A stretch of 54,405 nucleotides of DNA from an uncultured Treponema sp. (GCA_946532115.1 CAMNBC010000001.1:1-54405); one strand, 5' to 3'. Positions 38,320 through 48,597 are shown, numbered from the stretch's first letter. Made by a program: numbers and translations. The notes: generated by a model from the letters alone, not told the origin.

Positions 38320-40015
38320 ATCTGAAATATCCCGCTCCGATTGGTGATGAAATTATTATAAAAATTACACTCAAAATCAGAAGGGCATTCATTTTTTTGG
38401 GCAGAACAACAATCACAAGTACTACAACTAAAGCAATTGTAAGCATGGTCAAAAGCATGGACCATAAAACATTAAAATTCTGCTTACATGCCGCCATTGG
38501 GGTTTCCCAATTTAACTTAGGATTCATAGTATCTATGAACATATCTATAAAAATTAGAAGAATTGAAATTGAACCGGCCACAAGCGTCATAAAAAGACAC
38601 ATCTGTACAAATTCCCAGAATGTAACAGGAACTGCAATCAGTGAATAAAGAACAGACAAAAGGATTATTGAAATAACATCTGCAATTCCTACATAAAGCA
38701 TTGCATGCCAGAATTTTACTTTAACAATCATATCAAATTTTACAGGCATGGCTTTTAAATCATTCAGAGATTTTCCTTCGCGTGAAAATGATGTAGTTGC
38801 AATATTTGCAAAGGTTCCTGTAAAAATTGTATATGCTGCAAAACCCAGTGTAACATAGTATTTTATTGACACAAACTGCTGAGGTGAAATTTCCATCATT
38901 TTCAATTGCAATTCAGAAACTATCTCTCCTATATTTTCTCCGCTTGCAACAAACCCTATAACAAATGAAATTCCAAAAATTACCGGAAAAAGAAAAACAA
39001 ACAGCGGGCCGTTTGAAAAGAATGCCGGTTCCCGCAAAACATTACGTACATCCCTCATAAACAATGCATGAAAAACAGAACCGGAGCGGACATCTTTTTT
39101 AATTACTTCTGCAGCTTTTTCGGTTGTGATTTTTTTTGATTTTACATCTGAAAAACCATTCAGACTTTTTATGTACATATTTCCAAAAAGCGGAACAAGA
39201 ACAAAAATCACAAGTGAACCGGCGGCGGCAAGAATCAGAATAGGAATAACCTTTCCATTCAGTGCGCCTGAAATATACATAAAAAATGGAATATCAGAAC
39301 TCAATTCAAATATTTTATCTATTGAGTTTCCTATTCTTTCGTTTGCAAATTCCATGTTTGAAAATGAAATTGAAACCGAAGAATTCAAGAACCCGTAAAA
39401 CATACAGAATGCAATCAAAAGAATTGTTGCAATTACTGTCATAACCTTTTTTTTACGAAGAGCCGGAATAAAATACAAAATCAAAATGAACAGCAGATAA
39501 ATGATAAAAACTGCTGTAATGGAAAATACCAGTGCCGTAACTAAAAATCCAAGATAAAAAAGCGGATGTGTAAGCAGACCTTCATTATACCCATAAACAA
39601 ATGAACTTATGGCAAACATACCGACGCCCATTATGGCATCTGACACAAATGAAACGGCAAATTTAGCCCCGAAAAACTGTGCCGGAGTAAGAGGAAGACT
39701 CATAAGGAATTCCTCTCCTGTTCCCGTATAATATGTTGATGCAACGGAAGTAAAGCCAAAGAACATAATGACCATTAGAGCAACCATCATTGATATAAAT
39801 GGCATAAACTGCTGATTGCCGCTTTCTGCAAGATATTTGTAAGTTCCAATCATGTACATTGTGTACATACCAATCATTACACCAAATACATAAATTGCCA
39901 GAATGGACAAAAAGATTGCTTTGATTATTCCTTTAGGTCCTTTTTTAAATTCTCCAAAGATCCCGGAAAAATTATACGATCCCTGATTTAAGATTTTAAA
40001 GAGTTTGTAAATCAT
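38291..40015 (-). CDS. ABC exporter permease (ABC-2-type, many TM segments)
   Basis: More than 10 hydrophobic segments; LMSLPL and FSREGK...LKAMPV motifs; follows the ABC ATPase. Confidence 0.8.
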   Translation of the reverse strand: MIYKLFKILNQGSYNFSGIFGEFKKGPKGIIKAIFLSILAIYVFGVMIGMYTMYMIGTYKYLAESGNQQFMPFISMMVALMVIMFFGFTSVASTYYTGTGEEFLMSLPLTPAQFFGAKFAVSFVSDAIMGVGMFAISSFVYGYNEGLLTHPLFYLGFLVTALVFSITAVFIIYLLFILILYFIPALRKKKVMTVIATILLIAFCMFYGFLNSSVSISFSNMEFANERIGNSIDKIFELSSDIPFFMYISGALNGKVIPILILAAAGSLVIFVLVPLFGNMYIKSLNGFSDVKSKKITTEKAAEVIKKDVRSGSVFHALFMRDVRNVLREPAFFSNGPLFVFLFPVIFGISFVIGFVASGENIGEIVSELQLKMMEISPQQFVSIKYYVTLGFAAYTIFTGTFANIATTSFSREGKSLNDLKAMPVKFDMIVKVKFWHAMLYVGIADVISIILLSVLYSLIAVPVTFWEFVQMCLFMTLVAGSISILLIFIDMFIDTMNPKLNWETPMAACKQNFNVLWSMLLTMLTIALVVVLVIVVLPKKMNALLILSVIFIIISSPIGAGYFRYAEKRLKDL

Positions 40016-40027
40016 AACGGTGCCTCA

Positions 40028-40783
40028 CTAATTTGGCTGACCGCCGGATTTTGCTGTACTTCCTATCATCTCCAGGAAAATATCTTCCAGAGACTGCCCT
40101 TCATTTCCATGCTGTTCTTTCAACTCATTCATTGTACCCTGAAAAAGCAGTTTTCCCTGTTTTATAATTCCAATTCTATCACAGATTTTTTCTGCAACTT
40201 CCATAACATGAGTTGAAAAGAAAACTGTTTTTCCGGCGGCTGCACGCTCACGCATAATCTCTTTGACAATAAATGCTGCTTCTGGATCCAGACCTACCAT
40301 TGGTTCATCCAGTATCCAGTTCTGCGGATCTGTAATGAGACTTGCAATCAGAAACAGTTTCTGCTTCATGCCATGACTGAAAGACGAAATTTTATTATTA
40401 AGAACTTCCTTTAAACCAAATTTCTCTGTATATAATTCTATACGCTGTTTGCGGATATCTGCGGAAACTTTGTAAACATCGCCAATAAAATTAAGATACT
40501 CAATTGCCTTAAGGCGTGAAACTGTTTCTGGATTATCTGGAACAAATGCAAACTGACGTTTGGCTGCGACAGGACGCTTTAGGATTGAGATGCCATCCAG
40601 TTCAAGTTCACCTTCATCAGGCTGCAGGATGCCTGTAAGCATCCTTATGGAAGTTGTTTTTCCAGCCCCATTAGGACCAAGAAAACCAAAAATTTCACCG
40701 TTCTGAACTGTAAGCGAAAGCGAATCTACAGCTTTTGCTCCGTTCTTACCGTAAGATTTTGAAACATCTTTTATTTCAAACAT
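40028..40783 (-). CDS. ABC transporter ATP-binding protein
   Basis: GPNGAGKTT, FSHGMKQK, ILDEP, STH. Confidence 0.95.
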   Translation of the reverse strand: MFEIKDVSKSYGKNGAKAVDSLSLTVQNGEIFGFLGPNGAGKTTSIRMLTGILQPDEGELELDGISILKRPVAAKRQFAFVPDNPETVSRLKAIEYLNFIGDVYKVSADIRKQRIELYTEKFGLKEVLNNKISSFSHGMKQKLFLIASLITDPQNWILDEPMVGLDPEAAFIVKEIMRERAAAGKTVFFSTHVMEVAEKICDRIGIIKQGKLLFQGTMNELKEQHGNEGQSLEDIFLEMIGSTAKSGGQPN

Positions 40784-40805
40784 TTTTTATCCAAATTAAT
40801 AAGTC

Positions 40806-41027
40806 TTAGTTTGACTCAGTTTTTCTGCTTTCCAATTCATTGAGAATCTTATCTGTATTTGCAAACTCTACAACAGAAAGATTATCATTAAGCACAGCTT
40901 TTACAAGAGAACCTTCGATTTTATAAATAATTTTTTTGTATTTTTCTGGTGAGCAGTTTGAATTCATATAAGACTTTATTGCCTTATCTACACTATCAAC
41001 TACTAATTTCTCTTTATTCGTTACCAT
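40806..41027 (-). CDS. Small hypothetical protein (73 aa)
   Basis: GAGGAG RBS, upstream TTGAAA-17-TAAAAT promoter (41150-41122), fills the intergenic gap. Confidence 0.55.
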   Translation of the reverse strand: MVTNKEKLVVDSVDKAIKSYMNSNCSPEKYKKIIYKIEGSLVKAVLNDNLSVVEFANTDKILNELESRKTESN

Positions 41028-41170
41028 CCGAATGCTCTCCTCTAAAATAGTTTCCGGCTATTTTATAATATTGATATTTTTAATTTACGGTTCTCCTCCT
41101 AAGCGGACTCCCTCTTATTCAATTTTATCCAATAAGTTTATTTTTTTCAACTCAAATATCAATTTTCTAA

Positions 41171-41800
41171 TTACACTTCGAAAATCGGTTCAAAATCTTC
41201 TGCAGGGTGTCCGCACATAGGACATTCATAATCAGCAGGCAGTTCTGAACCATCAAATTCATAACCGCATATTTTGCATCGCCAGCCTTTAATTTTTTTT
41301 GATTCTGCACTGGCAGCACCCGTGCCGGCCTTAGGTTTTATATCACTCTGATAATAAGCATAAGTAAGAGGCTCTTTATTACCCAGAACTTTTGCTTCTG
41401 TTACTTCCGCAATAAAAAGCATATGTGTTCCCAGATCAAGCTTATTACAAACTTTTGCTTCAATTACAGAACAGGCTTCTTTGTTTATATACGGGCAGCC
41501 ATTTTCAGCTATTTCATATTCAAAGCCCGCAAACTTATCGACATTTCTTCCACTCTGGTAACCAAAGCGTTTTATTGTTTCAAAACTGCAGGAACGGTCT
41601 AAAATGGAAAGAGCAAATACTCCACTCTCTTCTATCATCTGACAAGTGAGATTCTGTTTGATAACTGAAACAGCAATACGAGTTGGACTGTTAGCTGCCT
41701 GAAAACAGGTATTTGTTATACACGCGTTTATTTTTCCGTTTGATTTTGTTCCAAGCAGAAATACACCATATTGCAAACTGTAAAGTGCTTTATTATCCAT
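41171..41800 (-). CDS. Flavin reductase-like protein with C-terminal rubredoxin domain
   Basis: FGYQSGRNVDKF, GTHMLFIAEV; WRCKICGY...YECPMCG. Confidence 0.9.
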   Translation of the reverse strand: MDNKALYSLQYGVFLLGTKSNGKINACITNTCFQAANSPTRIAVSVIKQNLTCQMIEESGVFALSILDRSCSFETIKRFGYQSGRNVDKFAGFEYEIAENGCPYINKEACSVIEAKVCNKLDLGTHMLFIAEVTEAKVLGNKEPLTYAYYQSDIKPKAGTGAASAESKKIKGWRCKICGYEFDGSELPADYECPMCGHPAEDFEPIFEV

Positions 41801-41834
41801 AATTAATCTTTCCTTTAAGATTAATTATAGCACA

Positions 41835-43427
41835 CTATCTTACACGCGCAAGTACATAAACAAATGCCGAATTCCAGTAAATTGCAACTTCATTTGTACT
41901 GTAACTTGGCTGAGCATCTGCAAAGCATTTAAGCGGTGGTTGTCCTGCAAGATGTTCCTTGGCATACGCATCAAGCAGACCTGCACAAGGCCCACCACTG
42001 AGCATTCCGGCAAATACTTTTCCAGTTGCACCACTTGGTCTATGGTGAGGATGAACAACCTGTTTAGAACCAGCTCCTGTCACATAACAATAGTTTACAG
42101 GATTACAGCCGAGTATATAATCTATCTGAGCTTTTGCAGCTTTAAAGAAATCTTTCCGACCAGTAAGATCATAAGCCATAAGCAGAATGTGAGCGAGGTC
42201 ACAGACAGCACCATTACTTCCCCAGAAAACAAATTTTGAACAATAATGAAATGCAGTTTCATTACACCTTTTAAGATATTCTTCTGCCTGAGAAATTATG
42301 CAGGTACGAATTTCTGAAAGAAGATCCTTTAACATTTCAGAAACTTCAGCATCTTTTTCTGCCGCTTCAAGAAGGATTTCTGTTCCATAACCAGAAACAA
42401 AAGGCCAGCCAAATCCTTCCTGCCAGCCGCAATTCCATGGATGCTTTGGATCAGGATTATCATTCTTTTTATCTTCACGGAATTTTAATGCCTGAGTAAG
42501 ATAATTCTTATCACCAGTTGCAGCAAAAAGTGAGCATAAGGCAAAATAACGTTCATCGCGTACATCGCGGTCACCGTAGCCTCCGGTTGTAATTTCAGGA
42601 GGATTAATATAAAACTCATCATCATGTGAAAAAAGATAAGTCTGAGCTTTTAACGCTGCAGCAAGAAGTTTCTCTGCAAATCCGGAATCTGAGTTTTTAT
42701 AAAAACCTGCTGCATATGCAAGACAGCCTGCAAAATCGGCAGTAGCAGCAGTAGAAACAGGAGCCAGTACAAGATTGTCTTTTTCATCCTGAGGATTAAT
42801 AAATGCACAAAAGTGGTAGCAGGAAATCTTATGATAAACAGCTCCATCTTCGCGCTGCATCTGAAGCATCCATTCAAGCTCAAAACGTATTTCCCCAAGA
42901 AGATCAAAGTTTGCAAATTTTTCAGGACACTTCTTATATGCCAGAAGCATATCCATTACAGTTTTTGTTCCGGCAACAATATAACGTCCATAATCCCCAG
43001 CATCGTGCCAGCCGCCCTGAACATTTTTCTTTTCACCTGTTCCATAAACTTCTGCAATTCCTGTATGACAGATGCCCTGACCGCAACGTGAATCTGTAAA
43101 ATACTTTAGGGTAGAAAGAGCCACATCATCATAAACGTTATCTGCAATCTTAAAATCAAAACTGCGGTCGCTTCCAACACAAACGTAATATTCACCAGCT
43201 GTCTGCACAGAAGAAAAATCTCCGGTATAATATCCGCCGCCAGAAAGTTCATCATCAGGAGCCTCGGTTAATGTACCTGTAAATACAACCTGACATTTAG
43301 AATTTTCTTCTTTTCTGCAGATTGTAAATTCTTTGGCATCACCTTTTACAGCCTTACTAACGAAGACGTGTTTATTATCTGAAGGCTTATAGCCAACCTG
43401 ATTGATAAAAATTTCTGACTCTTTCAT
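41835..43427 (-). CDS. GH9 glucanase/cellodextrinase with N-terminal Ig (CelD_N) domain, no signal peptide
   Basis: INQVGY, GGWHDAGDYGRY, ILGCNP, HPHHRPS, YSTNEVAIYWNS. Confidence 0.92.
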   Translation of the reverse strand: MKESEIFINQVGYKPSDNKHVFVSKAVKGDAKEFTICRKEENSKCQVVFTGTLTEAPDDELSGGGYYTGDFSSVQTAGEYYVCVGSDRSFDFKIADNVYDDVALSTLKYFTDSRCGQGICHTGIAEVYGTGEKKNVQGGWHDAGDYGRYIVAGTKTVMDMLLAYKKCPEKFANFDLLGEIRFELEWMLQMQREDGAVYHKISCYHFCAFINPQDEKDNLVLAPVSTAATADFAGCLAYAAGFYKNSDSGFAEKLLAAALKAQTYLFSHDDEFYINPPEITTGGYGDRDVRDERYFALCSLFAATGDKNYLTQALKFREDKKNDNPDPKHPWNCGWQEGFGWPFVSGYGTEILLEAAEKDAEVSEMLKDLLSEIRTCIISQAEEYLKRCNETAFHYCSKFVFWGSNGAVCDLAHILLMAYDLTGRKDFFKAAKAQIDYILGCNPVNYCYVTGAGSKQVVHPHHRPSGATGKVFAGMLSGGPCAGLLDAYAKEHLAGQPPLKCFADAQPSYSTNEVAIYWNSAFVYVLARVR

Positions 43428-43506
43428 AACATAATGTTATACAGATTTTCAGAAAAAATAATTGAATAAAAGTCTATTCTTGTGGTTGAAATTAATATTG
43501 CAAAAA

Positions 43507-44139
43507 TTAAAGTAATCCGCACAAAAGCCGGGCCATAGGATAACTCAAAGTTTCTTTTTTACCGTCCTTTGAAATCAAATTGATTTTCACAATACTCTTT
43601 GAAACTTCATCTGCAGCCCCTTCTCCGTAAAAAGAACCAAGCATTTCCAGATATTCCGATTCTGACATGTTTTCATCATTAAAGACAGGAGCAAGAAATA
43701 AATCCAGAGTCATTCGGGTTTGTTCATCTGCTGAATTGTAAAAATCTTCAAGGCTTTTTCTGGTAATTGCAGCTGACAATCTGCCTTTTTCTGATTTTAC
43801 AATTCCAGAATTAAAAATATAAGACGAACCTTTTTTGTCCCTCATATTGATTTGCACGAGGCCGTCTTTTTTCTGTTCAACTTTTACGTCAGAAAAACCT
43901 GCCCTTGCAAGTTCATAGGAAACAGCAGCCGTATCTATAACGTTTGTTTCATTTATACCCGTTCCACCAGCTGCGGCACTGCTTATCATCTTTGTAAAGG
44001 CAGCTCCCGCCCCTCCTTCAAAATTTATGGCAACAGAATCATCCTGCTGCACGGTAAGAGTTACTTCTGTAGTGCAGGAAACTGCAGTAAAAATGCAAAG
44101 AAAAAAAATAAGAATGAATGATTTATTTGTTTTCATCAT
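43507..44139 (-). CDS. Hypothetical lipoprotein
   Basis: Lipobox-like TAVSC; ATGA overlap with the upstream NlpC/P60 gene. Confidence 0.65.
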   Translation of the reverse strand: MMKTNKSFILIFFLCIFTAVSCTTEVTLTVQQDDSVAINFEGGAGAAFTKMISSAAAGGTGINETNVIDTAAVSYELARAGFSDVKVEQKKDGLVQINMRDKKGSSYIFNSGIVKSEKGRLSAAITRKSLEDFYNSADEQTRMTLDLFLAPVFNDENMSESEYLEMLGSFYGEGAADEVSKSIVKINLISKDGKKETLSYPMARLLCGLL

Positions 44140-45320
44140 CTCTTTAACAACTTTCCAATTCCTAAGGTTACCCTGATACCTGTAAAAAACACAAGCCCTG
44201 CTGAAATTGAATTAGTAAATGAAAGAGCCGAATTATCAGGATTATTAAAAACTGTATAGCTGATATCCTGTACAACCTGAGCTTTTGCCTTGCCGATTTC
44301 CAGAGCCGGAATAGTAAGAGATATTCCGATTATGCCGGGAAAAATCGACGGTCGTGCAGCTTCTCCTGTTTCCATCATACGGGCATCACCAAAAGAAATT
44401 ACAGGACCAGCATAAAATCTGAAATAATCATTTACAGTTGCCGTAAACAAAACCGGCATTTGAAAAACACCCATTCCAATATTGAATCTCAAGCCAAGTC
44501 CAACCCCAGGCTCAAGAATCCATTTTGTGTACCGCACATTTGTGTGTAAATCAATTCCACGAAACTGAAACATAAATGAACTAGGAGAAATCAAAGACCA
44601 GTCACAAAAAAGAGATGCATCTGCGGCAACTGCATCAAGACCTTCTGCTTTTGGATTATAAAAGCTGCTTCCTTTGAATTTTATATTATTGCCGGAATTA
44701 TTCTTTGAAGCTACATTCTTTTCACTGTCTATAAAATCTTCTTCTACAAAATCATCAGCATCAGAACCTCTCGAACCTGACTTTTTGCCCGACTTTATAA
44801 ACTGACCACAGGCAACATATTTAGGTCTCCAGTAATCCTGCTTAAGTGAAGAAATAATAACGCCTGTATTAGGCCCGTCACTAATTGCAGAAATGAACTG
44901 ACTGTTTCCTATATAGATTCCAACATGCGTAATTGGAGCCGTATTATTTGTCTTAAAAAATAAAAGGTCACCAATTTCCTTATCCTTATCTGGCACAATA
45001 CTGCAATAATTGTAAAGGGCTTTTGCGGTGCGCGGCAGCTGTTTGTTGATAGCTTCACGGGCTGTAAAATAAACAAGCCCCGAACAGTCAAATTTATCAG
45101 GTCCTACTGCTCCAAGCACATAAGGACTTCCAACATATTTTTTTGCTTCTGCAACAAATTTTTCGCGCATAATCTGAGCTTCTGCCGGACTTGTATCTTC
45201 TGCACAAAGCTGTACACAACAAACGCAAAAAAAGAGCAGCATAATTGAAAGGATTTTCTTTGCAGCTGCTCTGGCACTTTTGTCTGTAATAAATGTTCTA
45301 ATCTCATCAAAAATATTCAT
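44136..45320 (-). CDS. NlpC/P60 (C40) peptidase fused to a C-terminal beta-barrel-like domain
   Basis: YVGSPY..G, FDCSGLV, LPRTA, GDLLFF, HVGIYIG; low-complexity linker; amphipathic strands in the last ~170 aa. Confidence 0.8.
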   Translation of the reverse strand: MNIFDEIRTFITDKSARAAAKKILSIMLLFFCVCCVQLCAEDTSPAEAQIMREKFVAEAKKYVGSPYVLGAVGPDKFDCSGLVYFTAREAINKQLPRTAKALYNYCSIVPDKDKEIGDLLFFKTNNTAPITHVGIYIGNSQFISAISDGPNTGVIISSLKQDYWRPKYVACGQFIKSGKKSGSRGSDADDFVEEDFIDSEKNVASKNNSGNNIKFKGSSFYNPKAEGLDAVAADASLFCDWSLISPSSFMFQFRGIDLHTNVRYTKWILEPGVGLGLRFNIGMGVFQMPVLFTATVNDYFRFYAGPVISFGDARMMETGEAARPSIFPGIIGISLTIPALEIGKAKAQVVQDISYTVFNNPDNSALSFTNSISAGLVFFTGIRVTLGIGKLLKR

Positions 45321-45327
45321 AGTTATA

Positions 45328-45355
45328 TTGTCGTATTTTTTATGATAACACTTTA
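45328..45355 (-). promoter_or_regulatory. Degenerate sigma28-like promoter, leaderless geometry
   Basis: Minus strand TAAA-N16-TACGACAA-N7-ATG. Confidence 0.35.
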
Positions 45356-45395
45356 TTTTTTGCGTTCCAGAGAATTCGGGTGTAAAATACTAAGT

Positions 45396-47168
45396 ATGGC
45401 AGACATTAACAATATTCCGTGGAAGTATCTTGATGATTTTCGTGGCACAGAATTCACTGGTGAATGGCCTACATTCCCTGAACTTCTGCGTATTCAAGCT
45501 AAAAGAAACGGTGAGCGTCCCTGCTTTACCGCTTTTGACGGACCAGGTGATTCAAAACGCACTCTAACATACAATGAAGTGCTTGCAAATGTAAAATCCC
45601 TGGCAAACTGGCTAACAGCAAACGGCTTAAAAAAAGGAGAACGTGTTGCTGTTATGGGAAAAAACTCTCCTGAATGGGCAACCGCATATCTTGCAACCCT
45701 TTTTGCAAGCGGAATTGTTGTTCCGGTTGATAATGGACTCCATGAACCGGAAGTTGTAAACATTGTAAATACAGCTCAGCCGGTTTTTGTTTTTTGTGAT
45801 GATGATAAGGCTGACCTTTACAAAAAGAATTTTCCTGACCTCAAAGTTTATTCAATAAATTCTGAAGCCGGAGAACGCTTTATTTACAATCTTAAGGCAG
45901 ATGAATTGCCTGCAGAAAAATGCAATGAACCTTGCAACGAATACGACACAGCAGCTATTCTTTTTACCTCCGGCACAACCGGTAAACCAAAAGGTGTAAT
46001 GCTTTCGCACCGAAACCTTATGTCTGATGGTTTTATTGCCCAGCGTCATTTTAACCATTACAACACCGATGTTTTTTATGCGCTGCTTCCAATTCACCAT
46101 GCATATACAATGCAGGCGGCCTTTATAAATCCGCTGATGACGGGAGCCTCTATTGTTTTCGGAAAGAGCATGGCGGTTTCAAAATTACTCCGCGAATTAA
46201 AGGAAGGAAAGATTACTGTTATGCTCGGTGTGCCGCTGCTTTACAATAAGCTGCTTTCTGGAATCCGCAAGGGTATTAAATCTAAGGGGCCTGTAGTTGC
46301 GGGGCTGCTTGGATTTGTCAGCTGGCTTTCATTCATTATTAAAAAGATTTTCCATGTGAATCCGGGAAAAAGATTGTTTAAGCCGGTGCTGGAGCAGGCG
46401 AGTATTTACACGCTGCGTGTTGCGATCTCGGGGGGTGGGCCGCTCGCGGCCAGTGTCTGCCGTCAATACAATGCAATGGGTATAGACTTCATTCAGGGCT
46501 ATGGTCTTACAGAAACTTCTCCTATTATCGCACTGAATCCTGTTGAGCATTTTAAAATAGAAAGTGTTGGGCGAGCCTTTACCCCGTATGAAGAAGTTAA
46601 AATCCTGAATCCTGAAAAGGTTATTACAAAGAAAGGTTTTGAAGATGTTGGTGAAATTGCTGTAAAAGGGCCAATGGTAATGCAAGGCTACTACAATATG
46701 CCGGAAGAAACTAAGGCCATGTTTACAGAAGACGGCTTCTTAAAAACAGGCGACCTTGGAAGCATCGACAAAGAAGGTTACATTAAGCTTTGCGGAAGAG
46801 CAAAAAACCTTATTGTTACCAGCGGTGGAAAGAATGTATACCCGGAAGAAATTGAAGATGCATTCCAGTTATATGATGAAATTCAACAGATTACCGTTCG
46901 CGGATATTATTCCGATGAAGAAAAAACTTCTGAAGAAATTGAAGCTTTAATTTACCCTAGTGATGACCTTTACAAAACCCTTGGTGTTGAACGCAATAAT
47001 GATTTTGTTCAGGATGAAGTGATGGAAGCCGTGCAGAAAATCGTTAGCAAAGTAAACAAGGGCTTCCAGGCTTATTCACAGATTTCCAAGATTACGCTGC
47101 TTAAGGAACCGCTGGAAATGACCACTTCGCAGAAAGTAAAGCGAAACTTTGTGGCAAAGACGTATTAA
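45396..47168 (+). CDS. Long-chain-fatty-acid--CoA ligase (AMP-binding)
   Basis: FTSGTTGKPKG, QGYGLTE, TGDLG, GRAKNLIV..GGKNVYPEEIE; ATG 45396 is 7 nt after TTGCGT-17-TAAAAT. Confidence 0.92.
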   Translation: MADINNIPWKYLDDFRGTEFTGEWPTFPELLRIQAKRNGERPCFTAFDGPGDSKRTLTYNEVLANVKSLANWLTANGLKKGERVAVMGKNSPEWATAYLATLFASGIVVPVDNGLHEPEVVNIVNTAQPVFVFCDDDKADLYKKNFPDLKVYSINSEAGERFIYNLKADELPAEKCNEPCNEYDTAAILFTSGTTGKPKGVMLSHRNLMSDGFIAQRHFNHYNTDVFYALLPIHHAYTMQAAFINPLMTGASIVFGKSMAVSKLLRELKEGKITVMLGVPLLYNKLLSGIRKGIKSKGPVVAGLLGFVSWLSFIIKKIFHVNPGKRLFKPVLEQASIYTLRVAISGGGPLAASVCRQYNAMGIDFIQGYGLTETSPIIALNPVEHFKIESVGRAFTPYEEVKILNPEKVITKKGFEDVGEIAVKGPMVMQGYYNMPEETKAMFTEDGFLKTGDLGSIDKEGYIKLCGRAKNLIVTSGGKNVYPEEIEDAFQLYDEIQQITVRGYYSDEEKTSEEIEALIYPSDDLYKTLGVERNNDFVQDEVMEAVQKIVSKVNKGFQAYSQISKITLLKEPLEMTTSQKVKRNFVAKTY

Positions 47169-47192
47169 AATATACAATTTAACGAGAACCTA

Positions 47193-47270
47193 AAAACTGG
47201 CTTTCGTCGATAAAAGAGCCCCAAAAACGGAATGATGTTTTTGGGGCTCTTTTTCGACTGCGCCAGTTTT
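47193..47270. repeat. Long nested inverted repeat between convergent genes (bidirectional terminator or MITE-like relic)
   Basis: AAAACTGGC/GCCAGTTTT, GTCGA/TCGAC and a perfect 17-bp AAAAGAGCCCCAAAAAC/GTTTTTGGGGCTCTTTT stem with an 8-nt loop. Confidence 0.7.
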
Positions 47271-47345
47271 GACTTATCGACAATATATTCTATACGTCGT
47301 ACTAAAGTTTCGTTTTACTTTTGCGGCTTATACGCGGAAAAATTT

Positions 47346-48590
47346 TTATCTTACGTAATTTCTAATTTCTTTACACATTTCTACCAGTTCTTCTGGCTTT
47401 CTCTGATATACACCATAATATAAATCAGGAACGGCGCCGCCTTTGCAGGATGCTGACCAGAAACGTACGTCATCTGCCTGGCGGTCATAAGCCTGTGCTC
47501 GATAATGAACAGGGGCAAGGTTTGTCTGATTTGAAAGCTCTGCCTGTGCATCTTCTGTAAATAAGTTTCCTATATATCGCTTGCAGTTTTGATTATCAGA
47601 AATCAGGACACAAGAAATTGCCGGTGCAATGAGCCCATAATTTGAACCGTCAAAGTTAGGCGGAACTAAGAAAGTTTCATAATTTTTAATTACATTATAT
47701 GGAATCTTTCTGTGCTCACTTAAAAGCGTAAAGAAAACTCCAAGCTGATTATCTTCTGCAAAATACAAAAGGTCATTTCCACGTCCATTAAACCATGAAG
47801 GATGTGTATACCCCTGTTTCGGCCATTCCTTCAGCATATCTAAAACCTGTCGAAGATTAAAATTATTTCCATTCAGATCAACATCAATAATTTCATCCAG
47901 AGTTTCAACTTTTTTCAGTTCATCTATAAGTTTATTATAAGCATTTAAACCGCCATTAGCCATTATAAGCGCGCCTATAAAATCAATTAACACTCTATCT
48001 TCTGCACCATTACAGAAAAACGGGCTGAAAACTACTCCTTTTGCAGAATTCAGAAAGTCCTTAAATGAATTGAAGCTTGATGGTGGATTATCAAAACCCG
48101 ATTGTGTAAGCACATCTGTTCTATAACTGAACTCACAATGATCCAGTAAAATCGGAACACATTTTTTATTTCTCAATGACTGAGGCATCGTCTCTAAAAC
48201 TCTTGCCGGAATATCATCTGCAACTCCTGCAAGGGTTTCTGTTATTTCACCCTTCCAGGTAAAGAGCATATCATACTTTTCCTTTACAACTGCAAGGTCA
48301 AATGCTCCTTCCGAAATCGTATCAAATTCAAGAATGATGTTTTCTTCCTGAGGGATATATTTTTTTAAGAGTTCACATTTATCTTCTGAAAGATCATAAA
48401 ATGCAATATGAACTGTTCTATCAGCGATTCGCTTTTTTATGGAACGAACAATACAAATTGTACTTACCAGAACTATAATTCCTGCAACTGCACTTATAAT
48501 TGCAATTAATGTTGATTTTTTGATTTTGAACTCTTTCTTTTGCTTTAACATCTTGTTCAATTTTTTGTTTTTTCCAGTTTTCTTCGCCAT
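47346..48590 (-). CDS. Membrane-anchored exported protein, possibly solute-binding-protein fold
   Basis: Basic N terminus then a single TM; VPILLD..., P.S...F..FL and lFT.dAQ..L...T..aP resemble family-1 SBPs; start 48590 chosen from promoter geometry. Confidence 0.5.
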   Translation of the reverse strand: MAKKTGKNKKLNKMLKQKKEFKIKKSTLIAIISAVAGIIVLVSTICIVRSIKKRIADRTVHIAFYDLSEDKCELLKKYIPQEENIILEFDTISEGAFDLAVVKEKYDMLFTWKGEITETLAGVADDIPARVLETMPQSLRNKKCVPILLDHCEFSYRTDVLTQSGFDNPPSSFNSFKDFLNSAKGVVFSPFFCNGAEDRVLIDFIGALIMANGGLNAYNKLIDELKKVETLDEIIDVDLNGNNFNLRQVLDMLKEWPKQGYTHPSWFNGRGNDLLYFAEDNQLGVFFTLLSEHRKIPYNVIKNYETFLVPPNFDGSNYGLIAPAISCVLISDNQNCKRYIGNLFTEDAQAELSNQTNLAPVHYRAQAYDRQADDVRFWSASCKGGAVPDLYYGVYQRKPEELVEMCKEIRNYVR

Positions 48591-48597
48591 ACAAAGA

